Source: an uncultured Blautia sp.
GTDB taxonomy: Bacteria; Bacillota; Clostridia; Lachnospirales; Lachnospiraceae
NCBI GenBank assembly: GCA_946622645.1
Contig: CAMOQF010000002.1
Coordinates: 190-64,189 of the forward strand
Direction: 5' to 3'
DNA: 64,000 nt
Part shown: positions 1 through 12,779 of the stretch, piece after piece
Layout of the letters: every line of letters starts with the position of its first letter
Numbering within the stretch: position 1 is the first letter of the stretch
The notes under the pieces: model-generated
What the model was told of the DNA's origin: nothing
The model's input: the letters and a program-made list of their open reading frames with translations, nothing else
Databases searched by the model: none
Program-made: the position numbers and the translations under genes

Positions 1-423
1 AACGCGGCCCAGGTCGAAGAGTATATGGTGAAGAAAGTCACGTTCTCAGACGATATATCGGTCAAGGGAGTGCGTGAGGACCAGATCGAAAAGGCGATGC
101 CCCTTATACAGACGGTGACAGACCCCGGTGAGCGTGTCATTGTATATGGAAACAAAGGGATCCTGAGCAAAGGAAAAGAATACTTTGCCGTGACGGACCG
201 GCGCACCATTTTTGTGAAGAAGAAAAATATAAAATCGGTCCTCCACGCGGATATAGCTTCGCTGCAGTTTCTGGACTGCGGGAACTGTTATGTGAACGGA
301 GACTATGACAAAGGGATCGTCAATCTTGACGGGCGCGGAACATTTCAGGGGGCGCTGATCGCGCTGATCTGTATGTTTGCATTGGAGGCGGATCCGGACA
401 GAGAAAAGATCCGGATCAGTTAA
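1..423 (+). CDS. Hypothetical protein with bacterial PH-like domain, possibly 5'-truncated by the window edge
   Basis: ORF 25..423; the frame is open back to position 1. YFAVTDRRTIFV resembles the bPH LTxxRxIF strand motif. Confidence 0.5.
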   Translation, partial: NAAQVEEYMVKKVTFSDDISVKGVREDQIEKAMPLIQTVTDPGERVIVYGNKGILSKGKEYFAVTDRRTIFVKKKNIKSVLHADIASLQFLDCGNCYVNGDYDKGIVNLDGRGTFQGALIALICMFALEADPDREKIRIS

Positions 424-479
424 GCAGCTGCTGCGGGCAGACCAGCAGGATACAGCGGACCTGAGGCAAAGGGAGAAAT

Positions 480-2459
480 ATGGATCATTTTGTTTTACAT
501 TCAGAATATGAACCGACCGGCGACCAGCCGCAGGCCATCGAAAAGCTGGTACAGGGCTTCAAGGACGGGAACCAGGCGCAGACGCTTCTGGGCGTGACCG
601 GCTCGGGCAAGACTTTTACCATGGCCAATGTGATCAAGGCTCTGAACAAGCCGACGCTGGTGCTGGCGCACAACAAAACGCTGGCTGCCCAGCTCTACGG
701 GGAATTCAAGGAATTCTTCCCGGAAAACGCGGTGGAATACTTCGTTTCCTACTATGACTATTATCAGCCGGAGGCGTATGTGCCTTCGACGGACACCTAT
801 ATCGCCAAGGACTCGGCCATCAACGATGAGATCGAAAAGCTGCGTCTGTCCGCGACAGCCGCCCTCTCGGAGCGGCGGGATGTGATCGTGGTCTCGTCCG
901 TGTCCTGCATCTACGGCATCGGTTCGCCCACGGATTTCCAGGAGATGATGATCTCGCTCCGCCCGGGCATGGAGAGGGAGAGGGACGACGTGATCCGTTC
1001 TCTCATCGATATCCAGTATGAGCGCAACGAGATGGATTTCCACCGGGGCACCTTCCGGGTGCGGGGCGATGTGCTGGAGATCTTTCCGGCCAACTATTCC
1101 GACCGGGCGATCCGCGTGGAATTCTTCGGCGACGAGATCGAACGGCTGACGGACATCGACGTCCTGACGGGGGAAGTCAAGAGCGTCTACCAGCATGTGG
1201 CGATCTTCCCGGCTTCCCACTATGTGGTTCCGCCCGAACAGATGCAGAAGGCGGCGGAGGAGATCCGGAAAGAGCTGAAAGAGCAGGTGGCTTTTTTCAA
1301 GAGCGAGGACAAGCTGCTGGAAGCCCAGCGGATCGCGGAACGGACGAACTTTGACATCGAGATGCTGAAGGAGACCGGCTTCTGCTCCGGCATCGAAAAC
1401 TATACACGTTATCTCTCCAATCTGCAGCCGGGGGAGGCGCCTTACACGCTGATGGATTATTTCGGGGACGATTATCTGCTGATCATCGACGAGTCGCACA
1501 AGACCATCCCTCAGGTGGGCGGCATGTTCAACGGCAACCTGAGCCGCAAAAAGACGCTGGTGGATTACGGCTTCCGGCTTCCGTCCGCGATGGACAACCG
1601 TCCTCTTTCCTTTGAGGAATTTGAAGAGAAGATCGACCAGGTGATGTTTGTCTCCGCCACGCCGGGCGATTATGAAGCGGAACACGAGCTCCTCCGCGCG
1701 GAGCAGATCATCCGTCCCACGGGGCTTCTGGATCCCAAGGTGGAGGTCCGCCCGGTGGAAGGACAGATCGACGATCTGATCAGCGAGGTGAACAAAGAGG
1801 CGGCCGCAAAACATAAGGTCCTGATCACCACCCTGACCAAGCGGATGGCGGAGGATCTGACCGAATACATGAAAAACGTCGGGATCCGGGTGCGGTATCT
1901 GCATTCCGACATCGACACGCTGGAGAGAGCCGAGATCATCCGCGACATGCGTCTGGACCATTTCGACGTGCTGGTGGGCATCAACCTCCTGCGGGAGGGC
2001 CTCGACATTCCGGAGATCACGCTGGTCGCGATCCTGGATGCGGACAAGGAAGGATTCCTGCGTTCCGGGACTTCCCTCATCCAGACCATCGGCCGGGCCG
2101 CCAGGAACAGTGAAGGCCGGGTCATCATGTACGCGGAGAACCGGACCGATTCCATGAAAATGGCCATCGAAGAGACCAACCGGCGCCGTGAGCTGCAGGA
2201 AGCTTACAACCGTGAGCACAATATCACGCCGACCACCATCCATAAGGCGGTGCGGGATCTGATCGCTGTCTCCAAGGCTGTGGCCGAGACCGAACGCAGG
2301 CTTAAGAAGGATCCGGAATCCATGAGCCGCAGCGAACTCCTGAAACTGATCGCCCAGGTGGAGAAGCAGATGAGGGCGGCAGCCGCCGATCTGAACTTCG
2401 AACAGGCCGCGGAGCTCCGCGACTGGATGATCGAGCTTCGAAAAAACCTGGATCATTAA
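480..2459 (+). CDS. uvrB: Excinuclease ABC subunit B
   Basis: Walker A GVTGSGKT, beta-hairpin [25 protein letters not shown]-terminal UVR domain ([11 protein letters not shown]). Confidence 0.99.
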   Translation: MDHFVLHSEYEPTGDQPQAIEKLVQGFKDGNQAQTLLGVTGSGKTFTMANVIKALNKPTLVLAHNKTLAAQLYGEFKEFFPENAVEYFVSYYDYYQPEAYVPSTDTYIAKDSAINDEIEKLRLSATAALSERRDVIVVSSVSCIYGIGSPTDFQEMMISLRPGMERERDDVIRSLIDIQYERNEMDFHRGTFRVRGDVLEIFPANYSDRAIRVEFFGDEIERLTDIDVLTGEVKSVYQHVAIFPASHYVVPPEQMQKAAEEIRKELKEQVAFFKSEDKLLEAQRIAERTNFDIEMLKETGFCSGIENYTRYLSNLQPGEAPYTLMDYFGDDYLLIIDESHKTIPQVGGMFNGNLSRKKTLVDYGFRLPSAMDNRPLSFEEFEEKIDQVMFVSATPGDYEAEHELLRAEQIIRPTGLLDPKVEVRPVEGQIDDLISEVNKEAAAKHKVLITTLTKRMAEDLTEYMKNVGIRVRYLHSDIDTLERAEIIRDMRLDHFDVLVGINLLREGLDIPEITLVAILDADKEGFLRSGTSLIQTIGRAARNSEGRVIMYAENRTDSMKMAIEETNRRRELQEAYNREHNITPTTIHKAVRDLIAVSKAVAETERRLKKDPESMSRSELLKLIAQVEKQMRAAAADLNFEQAAELRDWMIELRKNLDH

Positions 2460-2479
2460 AAAAGATTTCAATTAAACAG

Positions 2480-2508
2480 TTGACAAACCAGGACAAGGGT
2501 GCTACATT
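2480..2508 (+). promoter_or_regulatory. Sigma-A promoter of the hrcA-dnaK operon
   Basis: TTGACA (2480-2485), 17 bp, TACATT (2503-2508), directly upstream of CIRCE. Confidence 0.8.
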
Positions 2509-2519
2509 ATGTACAGATG

Positions 2520-2546
2520 TTAGCACTCTTTTCTTTTGAGTGCTAA
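2520..2546 (+). promoter_or_regulatory. CIRCE element (HrcA operator)
   Basis: Exact TTAGCACTC-N9-GAGTGCTAA upstream of hrcA. Confidence 0.98.
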
Positions 2547-2580
2547 CAATCCAAAATGAGATCAGAAAGGAGATGATCCT

Positions 2581-3621
2581 GTGGAGCAGGAGCTGGATGA
2601 GCGTAAGCGGAAGGTGCTGAAGGCCATTATCAAGACCTACATGGAGACCGGCGAGCCGGTGGGCTCCAGGACCATTTCCAAATATACGGATCTGAACGTG
2701 AGCTCCGCCACCATCCGGAACGAGATGTCGGACCTGACGGAGATGGGCTATATCATACAGCCCCACACCTCCGCCGGGAGGATCCCTTCGGACAAGGGCT
2801 ACAGGCTGTATGTGGACGCCCTGATGAAGGAAAAAGAGGATGAGATCGCGGAGATCCGCAATCTGATGATCGAAAAGACCGACAAGATGGAAAAGGTGCT
2901 GAAGCGTGTCGCCAAAGTGCTGGCTTCCAACACGAACTACGCCGCCATGGTGGCGGTTCCGCAGTACAGCGGCAGCCGGTTGAAATTCATACAGCTGTCA
3001 AGGGTGAGCGAGCTGCAGCTGGTGGCCGTTGTGGTGAACGATCACAACGTCATCCGCAACCAGATCATCGATCTGACAGAGGAGATGGACGACGAGACCA
3101 TCCTCAAGCTGAACCTGCTTCTGAACACCAACCTGAACGGCCTTCCCGTGCAGGACATCAGCCTTGGCATGATCGCCAGGCTGAAGGAGCAGGCAGGCAT
3201 GCACAGCCAGGTGGTGGGCATGGTGCTGGACGCTGTGGCGGCCACCATCCAGGTGGGCGAGGAGGACATGGAGATCTACACCTCCGGCGCTACCAACATC
3301 TTCAAGTATCCGGAGCTGGCCGACAAGAGCCGCGCAAGCGAGCTGATCTCCGCCTTTGAGGAAAAACAGCAGCTGGCCGATCTGGTCAAGGAACACCTCT
3401 CCGATACGGAGAACACAGGCCTGTCGGTGTATATCGGCGACGAGCTGCCGATCGGGACCATGAAGGACTGCAGCGTGGTCACGGCCACGTACGAGCTGGG
3501 ACAGGGGATGCACGGCACCATCGGGATCATCGGTCCCAAACGGATGGACTACGAAAACGTGGTGGACAGCCTGAAAGCCCTGAAGACCCAGCTGGACAGC
3601 ATTCTGGCGGATAAAACCTAG
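2581..3621 (+). CDS. hrcA: Heat-inducible transcription repressor HrcA
   Basis: GEPVGSRTI, SSATIRNEMSDL, HTSAGRIPSDKGYRLYVD, GIIGPKRMDY; GTG start; follows CIRCE. Confidence 0.98.
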   Translation: MEQELDERKRKVLKAIIKTYMETGEPVGSRTISKYTDLNVSSATIRNEMSDLTEMGYIIQPHTSAGRIPSDKGYRLYVDALMKEKEDEIAEIRNLMIEKTDKMEKVLKRVAKVLASNTNYAAMVAVPQYSGSRLKFIQLSRVSELQLVAVVVNDHNVIRNQIIDLTEEMDDETILKLNLLLNTNLNGLPVQDISLGMIARLKEQAGMHSQVVGMVLDAVAATIQVGEEDMEIYTSGATNIFKYPELADKSRASELISAFEEKQQLADLVKEHLSDTENTGLSVYIGDELPIGTMKDCSVVTATYELGQGMHGTIGIIGPKRMDYENVVDSLKALKTQLDSILADKT

Positions 3622-3668
3622 CCGGGTGCAATCGATACAAAGAGACTATGAAAGGTGGTTGAAAAGCC

Positions 3669-4358
3669 ATGGGAGAAGAAAATAAAGAAAAACTGGAAAA
3701 CGAATCTGACCTGCACGCGGAAGAGGGTTCCGCGGCAGAAGAGATCACCGAGGAGATCGTAGAAGACCTTCCCGATCCGGAGGAACAGGCGCCGGACACT
3801 GAAGAACCGGAAGAGTCCGAAGAGGAGACGGCTTCCGAAGCATCGGAGGAAGCTTCCCCGCTGGATACACAGAACCCCGGCGAAGAAAAGAAAAAGACTT
3901 CCTTCTTCGGCAGGAAAAAGAAAGAAGCGGACAAAGCCCAGGCGCAGATCGACGAGCTGACCGACCGCCTGAAAAGAAACCTGGCGGAATTCGACAATTT
4001 CCGTAAACGGACGGAAAAAGAAAAGTCGAGCATGTACATGATCGGCGCGCGGGATATCGTCGAAAAGATGCTTCCCGTGGTGGACAGCTTTGAAAGAGGG
4101 CTTGCCCAGGCGCAGGAGGGAGACGCTTTCGCGGACGGCATGAAGATGATCTACAAGCAGCTTCTGACAGCGCTGGAGGAAGCAGGCCTGACCCCCATCG
4201 ACGCGGTGGGAAAAGAGTTCGACCCCAACCTGCACAACGCCGTGATGCATGTGGAGGATGAATCCTTCGGAGAAAACATCGTCGCGGAAGAGCTGCAGAA
4301 AGGATATATGTTCAAAGACACTGTGGTACGCCACAGCATGGTAAAGGTGGCAAACTGA
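3669..4358 (+). CDS. grpE: Nucleotide exchange factor GrpE
   Basis: AEFDNFRKRT, FDPNLHNAV, QKGY..RHSMVKVAN; lies between hrcA and dnaK. Confidence 0.97.
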   Translation: MGEENKEKLENESDLHAEEGSAAEEITEEIVEDLPDPEEQAPDTEEPEESEEETASEASEEASPLDTQNPGEEKKKTSFFGRKKKEADKAQAQIDELTDRLKRNLAEFDNFRKRTEKEKSSMYMIGARDIVEKMLPVVDSFERGLAQAQEGDAFADGMKMIYKQLLTALEEAGLTPIDAVGKEFDPNLHNAVMHVEDESFGENIVAEELQKGYMFKDTVVRHSMVKVAN

Positions 4359-4368
4359 GCGCCCGTGA

Positions 4369-6321
<1,953 letters not shown>

Positions 6322-6445
6322 TTTTCATTCAGAATATGATATTATAATCCCATACCCGTCCTGGAGATCTTCTCCGGGGCGGGCAAAACTATGATTAGGA
6401 CCGTTGCAGACGGAGCCTTGGAAGAATGATCAGAGGATACTTAAA

Positions 6446-7609
6446 ATGGCCGATAAAAGAGACTACTACGAGGTGCTGGGTGTAGACAGAAATGCCGATG
6501 AAGCGGCGCTGAAAAGCGCGTACCGCAAACTGGCGAAGAAATACCATCCGGACGTCAATCCCGGCGACAAGGAAGCGGAAGCTAAATTCAAAGAAGCCAC
6601 CGAAGCCTACGGCGTTCTTTCCGATCCGGAAAAACGCCGCCAGTATGACCAGTTCGGGCACGCCGCTTTTGAAAACGGCGGCGGCGCGGGCGGCTTTGGG
6701 TTTGATTTTTCCGGCGCGGATTTCAGCGATATATTCGGAGATCTGTTCGGGGGCATGTTCGGCGGCGGAAGGAGCCGTTCCGGCAGGAACAACGGGCCGC
6801 AGCGGGGCGCAAGCCTGCGGGCGCGGATCAATATCACCTTTGAAGAGGCGGTGTTCGGCTGCGAGAAGGAGCTGGAGATCTCTCTCAAGGATGAGTGCAC
6901 GACCTGCGGCGGGACCGGCGCAAAGCCCGGGACGTCCCCGGTCAAATGTACCCGCTGTAAAGGGGAAGGCCGGATCGTCTATTCGCAGCAGTCTCTGTTT
7001 GGCATGATGCAGAACGTGCAGACCTGCCCGGACTGCCAGGGAAAAGGCACCGTCATCAAAGATAAATGTACCAGCTGTAAGGGAACCGGTTATACTTCCT
7101 CCTGGAAAAAGATCCAGGTCTCGGTGCCGGCCGGCATCGACGACGGACAGAGCATCCGGATCCGCGAGAAGGGCGAACCCGGTCTGAACGGCGGCCCCAG
7201 AGGAGATCTGCTGGTGGAAGTGCGCGTGGCGAGACATCCCATCTTCCAGCGCCAGGATATGAACCTGTTCTCCACCGCTCCGATCACCTTTGCGCAGGCT
7301 GCTTTGGGCGGACCCATCCGCATCAGCACCATCGACGGTGAGATCGAATACAAGATCAAGGCCGGAACACAGACCGACACCCGCATCCGTCTGGAAGGCA
7401 AGGGCGTACCTTCCCTCCGGAACAAGAACGTGCGCGGGGATCACTATGTCACGCTGGTCGTGCAGGTGCCGACCCACCTGAGCGCGGAGGCAAAAGAAGC
7501 ACTGGAGCGTTTCGACGCGGCCTGCGGAAACCGTCCGGCTTCCGGGGAACCCACGGAGAAAAAGAAAAAAAGCTTCATGGATAAACTGAAGGAGACTTTT
7601 GAAGACTGA
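6446..7609 (+). CDS. dnaJ: Chaperone DnaJ
   Basis: J domain with HPD, G/F-rich region, four CxxCxGxG repeats; start placed at [10 protein letters not shown]. Confidence 0.99.
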   Translation: MADKRDYYEVLGVDRNADEAALKSAYRKLAKKYHPDVNPGDKEAEAKFKEATEAYGVLSDPEKRRQYDQFGHAAFENGGGAGGFGFDFSGADFSDIFGDLFGGMFGGGRSRSGRNNGPQRGASLRARINITFEEAVFGCEKELEISLKDECTTCGGTGAKPGTSPVKCTRCKGEGRIVYSQQSLFGMMQNVQTCPDCQGKGTVIKDKCTSCKGTGYTSSWKKIQVSVPAGIDDGQSIRIREKGEPGLNGGPRGDLLVEVRVARHPIFQRQDMNLFSTAPITFAQAALGGPIRISTIDGEIEYKIKAGTQTDTRIRLEGKGVPSLRNKNVRGDHYVTLVVQVPTHLSAEAKEALERFDAACGNRPASGEPTEKKKKSFMDKLKETFED

Positions 7610-8319
7610 TGGACAAGAAAACCGGCAGGCAGACGTTTATAAGCAAATGGACGACGCGCTACGAGGTGATCCCTCTGATCACGATTTTTATCGTGAACCT
7701 GATCGTCTTCTCGGGTACCGGAGTGCTGACGGCCTCCTGGCATCATTATGACCTGACGACCGCGTTTGACCGCGCGGTCCCTTTCTGGCCGGTCTTTATC
7801 TGGCCTTATCTTCTGGCTTATTTCTTCTGGGCTGCCTGCTACATCCTGGCGGCGCAGAACGGGAAGGACTGGTTTTACAGGATGGTGGCGACGGACCTGA
7901 TGGTCCATCTGGTGTGCATGTTCTTTTTCCTCGTGATGCCGACCACCAACGTAAGGCCGGAGATCACGGGGAATTCAATCTCGGAGAAAGCGCTGGGCCT
8001 GATCTACTGGATCGACGGCGGCGACCTGCCGGGCAATCTTTTTCCGTCCATCCACTGTTATGTGAGCTGGCTTTCGTACCGGATCGTACGGGAGGTGAAG
8101 ACGCTGCCCAGGTGGGCAAGCCCCGCCGCTTTTGTGTGCGCTGTCATGATCATCGTCTCGACCCAGGTGCTGAAGCAGCACTACATCGCGGACGCCGTCG
8201 CAGGCGTCCTGCTGGTGGAGATCTTCTGGAGAGTGTTTATGAAGGGCAGTCGTCATATGCCCTTCTATCGTTTTTTTGAAAAGATCAACCAAAAAGTATG
8301 GAAGGATAAACTGGACTGA
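7609..8319 (+). CDS. PAP2-superfamily membrane phosphatase/phosphotransferase
   Basis: Several hydrophobic segments; FPSIH and KQHYIAD motifs; start and stop overlap dnaJ and prmA. Confidence 0.75.
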   Translation: MDKKTGRQTFISKWTTRYEVIPLITIFIVNLIVFSGTGVLTASWHHYDLTTAFDRAVPFWPVFIWPYLLAYFFWAACYILAAQNGKDWFYRMVATDLMVHLVCMFFFLVMPTTNVRPEITGNSISEKALGLIYWIDGGDLPGNLFPSIHCYVSWLSYRIVREVKTLPRWASPAAFVCAVMIIVSTQVLKQHYIADAVAGVLLVEIFWRVFMKGSRHMPFYRFFEKINQKVWKDKLD

Positions 8320-9275
8320 TGAAGTGGAACCGTTTTACGATCAAGACAATCGTGGATGCAGAAGATATGATCATCGCTTCTCTGGCGGATCTGGGGATCG
8401 AGGGAGTGGAGATCACGGATTCCCAGCCGCTTTCGGAGGAAGACAAGGCGCAGATGTTTGTGGATATCATGCCGGACAGCCCGGAAAATGACGGGACGGC
8501 TTCTCTCAGCTTCTATCTGGAAGAAACCGAAGAGCAGGAGTCTGTCCTTTCGGAAGTACGGGAGATGCTGGATTCTCTTCGGACCTTTATGGACATCGGG
8601 GAGGGGACCGTGGAGGTCTCTCAGACGGAGGACAAGGACTGGATCAACAACTGGAAGGAATACTTTCATCAGTTTTCCGTGGATGATATCCTGATCGTTC
8701 CCTCCTGGGAGGAAGCTTCCCCTGAAGACGCGGACAAGCTGATCCTTCATATCGATCCGGGCACCGCTTTCGGGACCGGCATGCATGAGACCACACAGCT
8801 CGTGCTCCGACAGATCAAGAAGCATCTGCAGAAGGGTGATGAGATCCTGGATATCGGCACGGGGAGCGGCATCCTGGGGATCGCCGCGCTGAAGATGGGC
8901 GCAGGCCATGTATCCGCAACGGATCTGGATCCCTGTGCGGTGAACGCGGTGGCCGAAAACCTGGAGGCCAACGATATCTCTCCGGAGGGTTTCATTCTGA
9001 CCATCGGCAATCTGATCGATGATCCAAAGACGCAGGAATGGGCTGGAAAAGCCTGTTATGACCTGGTGACGGCCAACATTCTGACCGAGGTACTGATCCC
9101 CCTCACTCCCGTGGCCGCAGCGTGCCTGAAGGAGGGCGGTTATTACATCACCTCCGGTATCCTGGAGGGAAAGGAAACTCTGGTCGCGGAAGCGGCTGAA
9201 AAAGCCGGCCTCACGGTGACGGAGATCACAAAGCAAGGCGAATGGATGTCCGTGACCGCCAGAAAAGGAGCGTAA
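8319..9275 (+). CDS. prmA: Ribosomal protein L11 methyltransferase
   Basis: WINNWKEYF, IDPGTAFGTGMHETT, LDIGTGSGIL, ANIL. Confidence 0.97.
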   Translation: MKWNRFTIKTIVDAEDMIIASLADLGIEGVEITDSQPLSEEDKAQMFVDIMPDSPENDGTASLSFYLEETEEQESVLSEVREMLDSLRTFMDIGEGTVEVSQTEDKDWINNWKEYFHQFSVDDILIVPSWEEASPEDADKLILHIDPGTAFGTGMHETTQLVLRQIKKHLQKGDEILDIGTGSGILGIAALKMGAGHVSATDLDPCAVNAVAENLEANDISPEGFILTIGNLIDDPKTQEWAGKACYDLVTANILTEVLIPLTPVAAACLKEGGYYITSGILEGKETLVAEAAEKAGLTVTEITKQGEWMSVTARKGA

Positions 9276-9276
9276 A

Positions 9277-10065
9277 ATGCCGCGCTTTTTTGCAGATCCG
9301 ACGGGGATCGACCGTTCTTCCAACACGATCACCCTCACCGGACCGGACGTCAACCACATCAAGAACGTGCTCCGCATGGGACCTGGGGAAGAGCTCTGGA
9401 TCAGCGACGGAGACAAAAAAGAATACCACTGCCGGATCGACCGGGTCTCTTCCGACCGGATCGAGACGACGATCCTGTACGAGCAGGAGCCTTCCTACGA
9501 GCTTCCGCTGGAGATCGTGCTTTTCCAGTGCATCCCGAAGGGGGACAAGATGGACCTGATCATCCAGAAAGCCGTGGAGCTGGGAGCTTCCGCCGTTGTG
9601 CCGGTGGACTCCGCCCGCTGTATCGTAAAGCTGGATGAAAAAAAGGCGGAAAAAAGGCGCGCCCGCTGGACGCAGATCGCGGAAGGCGCTGCCATGCAGT
9701 CCCGCAGGATGCGTCTGCCGCAGATCCTGCCGGTCATGAAATATAAAGACGCGCTGGAGCTGGCTTCTGAAAAAGACCTGTTTGTGATCCCCTACGAGCT
9801 GGAGGAGGGCATGCAGAATACCCGGACGGTATTCCGCTCCCTTGCCGGGAAAAAGTCCATCGCGGTCCTGATCGGGCCGGAGGGAGGATTTGAACCGGAC
9901 GAGGTCGAAAAGGCCAGAGAGAAGGGCGCGCTGCCCATCTCGCTGGGAAAACGGATCCTTCGCACCGAGACGGCAGGGATGACCTTCCTGTCGGCCCTCA
10001 TGCTTTGCCTGGAGGGGGCGTTCGCGCCGGATGAAAGCGGGACCGTCCCGAATAATGGAGAATAA
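9277..10065 (+). CDS. rsmE: 16S rRNA m3U1498 methyltransferase RsmE
   Basis: HIKNVLR, KGDKMDLIIQKAVELG, IGPEGGF, LGKRILRTETA. Confidence 0.97.
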   Translation: MPRFFADPTGIDRSSNTITLTGPDVNHIKNVLRMGPGEELWISDGDKKEYHCRIDRVSSDRIETTILYEQEPSYELPLEIVLFQCIPKGDKMDLIIQKAVELGASAVVPVDSARCIVKLDEKKAEKRRARWTQIAEGAAMQSRRMRLPQILPVMKYKDALELASEKDLFVIPYELEEGMQNTRTVFRSLAGKKSIAVLIGPEGGFEPDEVEKAREKGALPISLGKRILRTETAGMTFLSALMLCLEGAFAPDESGTVPNNGE

Positions 10066-10071
10066 TATAGA

Positions 10072-11226
10072 ATGGAAGCATATTTTGACAATTCCGCCAC
10101 CACCCGGGTCTATCCGGAGACGGCGGACCTGGTCCGTGACCTGATGACCGTCGATTATGGAAATCCCTCCTCAATGCACCGGAAGGGCGTGGAGGCGGAA
10201 CGGTACGTCCGCGAGGCGGCCGAGACCCTCTCCCGGATCCTGAAGGTGAACAAGGAGGAGATCCTGTTTACCTCCGGCGGGACCGAGTCGGACAACCTGG
10301 GGCTGATCGGCGCGGCGTTTGCCAACCGCAGGGCCGGAGACCATATCATCACTACGGCGGTGGAACATCCCGCCGTTTCCGCACCCGCAGCTTTCCTGGA
10401 GGAACAGGGCTTTCGCGTCACGTATCTTCCGGTGGACGGCGCGGGCGTTGTGCGTATGGACGCGCTTCTTTCCGCCCTCACGCCGGACACCATCCTGGTG
10501 TCCGTGATGCTCGTCAACAACGAGACCGGCGCCGTGATGCCTGTGGCGGAGATCGGGCGTATGGTCCATGAAAAATGCCCCAACGCCCTCTTTTTTGTGG
10601 ACGCCGTCCAGGCTTTCGGCCGGATGGAGATCCGTCCCCGGACGATGGGGATCGATCTGATGGCGGTGAGCGGACACAAGATCCACGCGCCCAAGGGCGT
10701 TGGTTTTCTGTATATCCGGAACGGAGCGAAGGTTCGCCCGATGCTTCTTGGCGGCGGGCAGCAGAACGGCATGCGTTCCGGTACCGACAACGTCCCCGGC
10801 ATATCCGGGATGGCATTTTCGGCCGGAAAGATGTATGATCATTTAAAGGAGAACACGGAGCATCTCTATGCGCTGAAACAGCGGATGGCGGAAGGCCTCC
10901 GGGCGATCCCGGATGTGGTGATCAACGGGATGCCGGTCTGCGAAGGCGCTCCCCACATCCTGAATGTGACTGTGCGCGGCGTGCGGAGCGAGGTGCTGCT
11001 GCATGCGCTGGAGGACAAAGGGATCTATCTTTCCGCCGGCTCGGCCTGTTCCAGCCATAAAAGACGCCCGAGCGCCGTCCTGACCGCCATGGGTCTTTCC
11101 AAAAGCGATATCGAGAGTACGGTCCGGATCAGCTTTTCGGAAGAGAACACGGTGGAAGAGGTGGATTACTGTCTGCAGACACTGGGCGAGACCGTGCCGG
11201 TGCTCCGCAGGTTTTCCCGCCGTTAA
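10072..11226 (+). CDS. iscS: Cysteine desulfurase (IscS/NifS family)
   Basis: YFDNSATT, GNPSS, FTSGGTESDN, SGHKIHAPKG (PLP Lys), SAGSAC; adjacent to thiI. Confidence 0.93.
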   Translation: MEAYFDNSATTRVYPETADLVRDLMTVDYGNPSSMHRKGVEAERYVREAAETLSRILKVNKEEILFTSGGTESDNLGLIGAAFANRRAGDHIITTAVEHPAVSAPAAFLEEQGFRVTYLPVDGAGVVRMDALLSALTPDTILVSVMLVNNETGAVMPVAEIGRMVHEKCPNALFFVDAVQAFGRMEIRPRTMGIDLMAVSGHKIHAPKGVGFLYIRNGAKVRPMLLGGGQQNGMRSGTDNVPGISGMAFSAGKMYDHLKENTEHLYALKQRMAEGLRAIPDVVINGMPVCEGAPHILNVTVRGVRSEVLLHALEDKGIYLSAGSACSSHKRRPSAVLTAMGLSKSDIESTVRISFSEENTVEEVDYCLQTLGETVPVLRRFSRR

Positions 11227-11252
11227 TAGAATACAAGGAGACAAAAACGACC

Positions 11253-12434
11253 ATGAAAGTACATGCTTACCTGATCAAATATGCCGAGATCGCTATCAAA
11301 GGCAAAAACCGCTATCTGTTTGAGGATGCGCTGGTCCGCGAGATCAGAAGAAGCCTCGGACGGCTCTCGGATGGATATACGGTGGAAAAAGAGCAGGGCC
11401 GGATCTATGTTTACTGTCCGGAGGAATATGAGGAAGAGGAGACAAGAGAGGCCCTTTCGAAGGTTTTCGGCATTGTCGAATTCTGCCCTGTCTGTATCTA
11501 TGAGGACCGGGGGATCGACGGGACAGGAGAGGATGTGCTCTCCTATATGCAGGACTTTCATCCCGGCTATTCAGGAAGCTTTAAAGTCCACACCAGACGG
11601 GCGAAAAAGAGCTATCCCCTGACCTCCATGGAGGTGAACGCGTTCCTGGGAGAGAAGATCCTGGATGCGTTCCCGGAGAGCCATGTGGACGTCCATGAGC
11701 CGGAGCTGGTGCTCCGTCTGGAGATCCGTGACAAGATCTATATCTATTCACAGTCCTGCAAGGGACCGGGCGGCATGCCCATCGGGACCAGCGGAAAAGC
11801 CATGGTGCTCCTGTCTGGCGGGATCGACAGCCCGGTGGCCGCCTATATGATCGCCAAAAGAGGCGTGACCATCGACGCGGTCTATTTTCATGCGCCGCCT
11901 TACACGAGCGACAGGGCACGGCAGAAGGTGGTCGACCTTGCGGCGATCGTAGCGCAGTACTGCGGGAAGATCCGCCTGCATGTGGTCAACTTTACGGATA
12001 TTCAGCTGTATATCTACGACCAGTGTCCCCACGATGAGCTGACCATCATCATGAGAAGATATATGATGCGGATCGCGGAACACTTTGCCGCGGAACGCAG
12101 GTGCCTGGGCCTGGTGACCGGCGAGAGCATCGGTCAGGTGGCGAGCCAGACCATGCAGAGCCTGGCGGCGACGGACGATGTGTGCACCATGCCGGTGTAC
12201 CGTCCTGTGATCGGGATGGACAAGCAGGAGATCGTGGAGCTTGCCCGGAAGATCGGGACTTTTGATACTTCCATCCTTCCCTATGAGGACTGCTGCACGA
12301 TCTTTGTGGCCAAGCATCCCGTGACCAAGCCTTCGATCAAGACCATCCGTCATTCCGAGACGCGTCTGGCGGAGAAGATCGATTCTCTTGTAGAGGAAGC
12401 CATCCGGACAACAGAGATCGTGGAGGTCGGATAA
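11253..12434 (+). CDS. thiI: tRNA 4-thiouridine(8) synthase ThiI
   Basis: THUMP domain, PP-loop LLSGGIDSPVA, GESIGQVASQT, PYEDCC. Confidence 0.97.
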   Translation: MKVHAYLIKYAEIAIKGKNRYLFEDALVREIRRSLGRLSDGYTVEKEQGRIYVYCPEEYEEEETREALSKVFGIVEFCPVCIYEDRGIDGTGEDVLSYMQDFHPGYSGSFKVHTRRAKKSYPLTSMEVNAFLGEKILDAFPESHVDVHEPELVLRLEIRDKIYIYSQSCKGPGGMPIGTSGKAMVLLSGGIDSPVAAYMIAKRGVTIDAVYFHAPPYTSDRARQKVVDLAAIVAQYCGKIRLHVVNFTDIQLYIYDQCPHDELTIIMRRYMMRIAEHFAAERRCLGLVTGESIGQVASQTMQSLAATDDVCTMPVYRPVIGMDKQEIVELARKIGTFDTSILPYEDCCTIFVAKHPVTKPSIKTIRHSETRLAEKIDSLVEEAIRTTEIVEVG

Positions 12435-12448
12435 AGAGAAAAGGGCAA

Positions 12449-12481
12449 TAAAAAAGACTGCCGCAGGACCCTGCGGCAGTC
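12449..12481 (-). terminator. Rho-independent terminator between the convergent thiI and HPr-like genes
   Basis: GACTGCCGCAGG/CCTGCGGCAGTC stem preceded by an A run on +, i.e. a U tract on the - strand. Confidence 0.75.
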
Positions 12482-12504
12482 ATACCATTTTTAAGGCATT
12501 TGAA

Positions 12505-12741
12505 TTATTCGACGATATATTTGCCGATCACGGATAAAACGTCATCCAGAGCAGCGCCGTCTGCATGAATGTTCAGGTCGATGGACTTGGACAGATCCAG
12601 GCTGAAGATGCCCATGATGGATTTGGCGTCGATGACATAACGTCCGGAAACCAGATCAAAATCACAGTCAAACCGGCTGATCTCGTTGACAAATGCTTTT
12701 ACTTTATCGATAGAATTCAAAGAAATTTTGATCGTTTTCAT
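12505..12741 (-). CDS. HPr-family protein lacking the His15 motif
   Basis: DAKSIMGIFSL (Ser46 motif) present; no GLHARP; 78 aa. Confidence 0.85.
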   Translation of the reverse strand: MKTIKISLNSIDKVKAFVNEISRFDCDFDLVSGRYVIDAKSIMGIFSLDLSKSIDLNIHADGAALDDVLSVIGKYIVE

Positions 12742-12779
12742 TTAAGTAACCTCCATTAATAATTTATGGCGCTGTTATT

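Noticed and set aside
501-2471. Long antisense ORFs (e.g. 501..2471, 19952..21970, 33059..35659, 35803..37656, 58338..60161)
   Set aside because: They mirror well-supported + strand genes and carry no recognisable motifs. Such shadow ORFs are expected in high-GC DNA.
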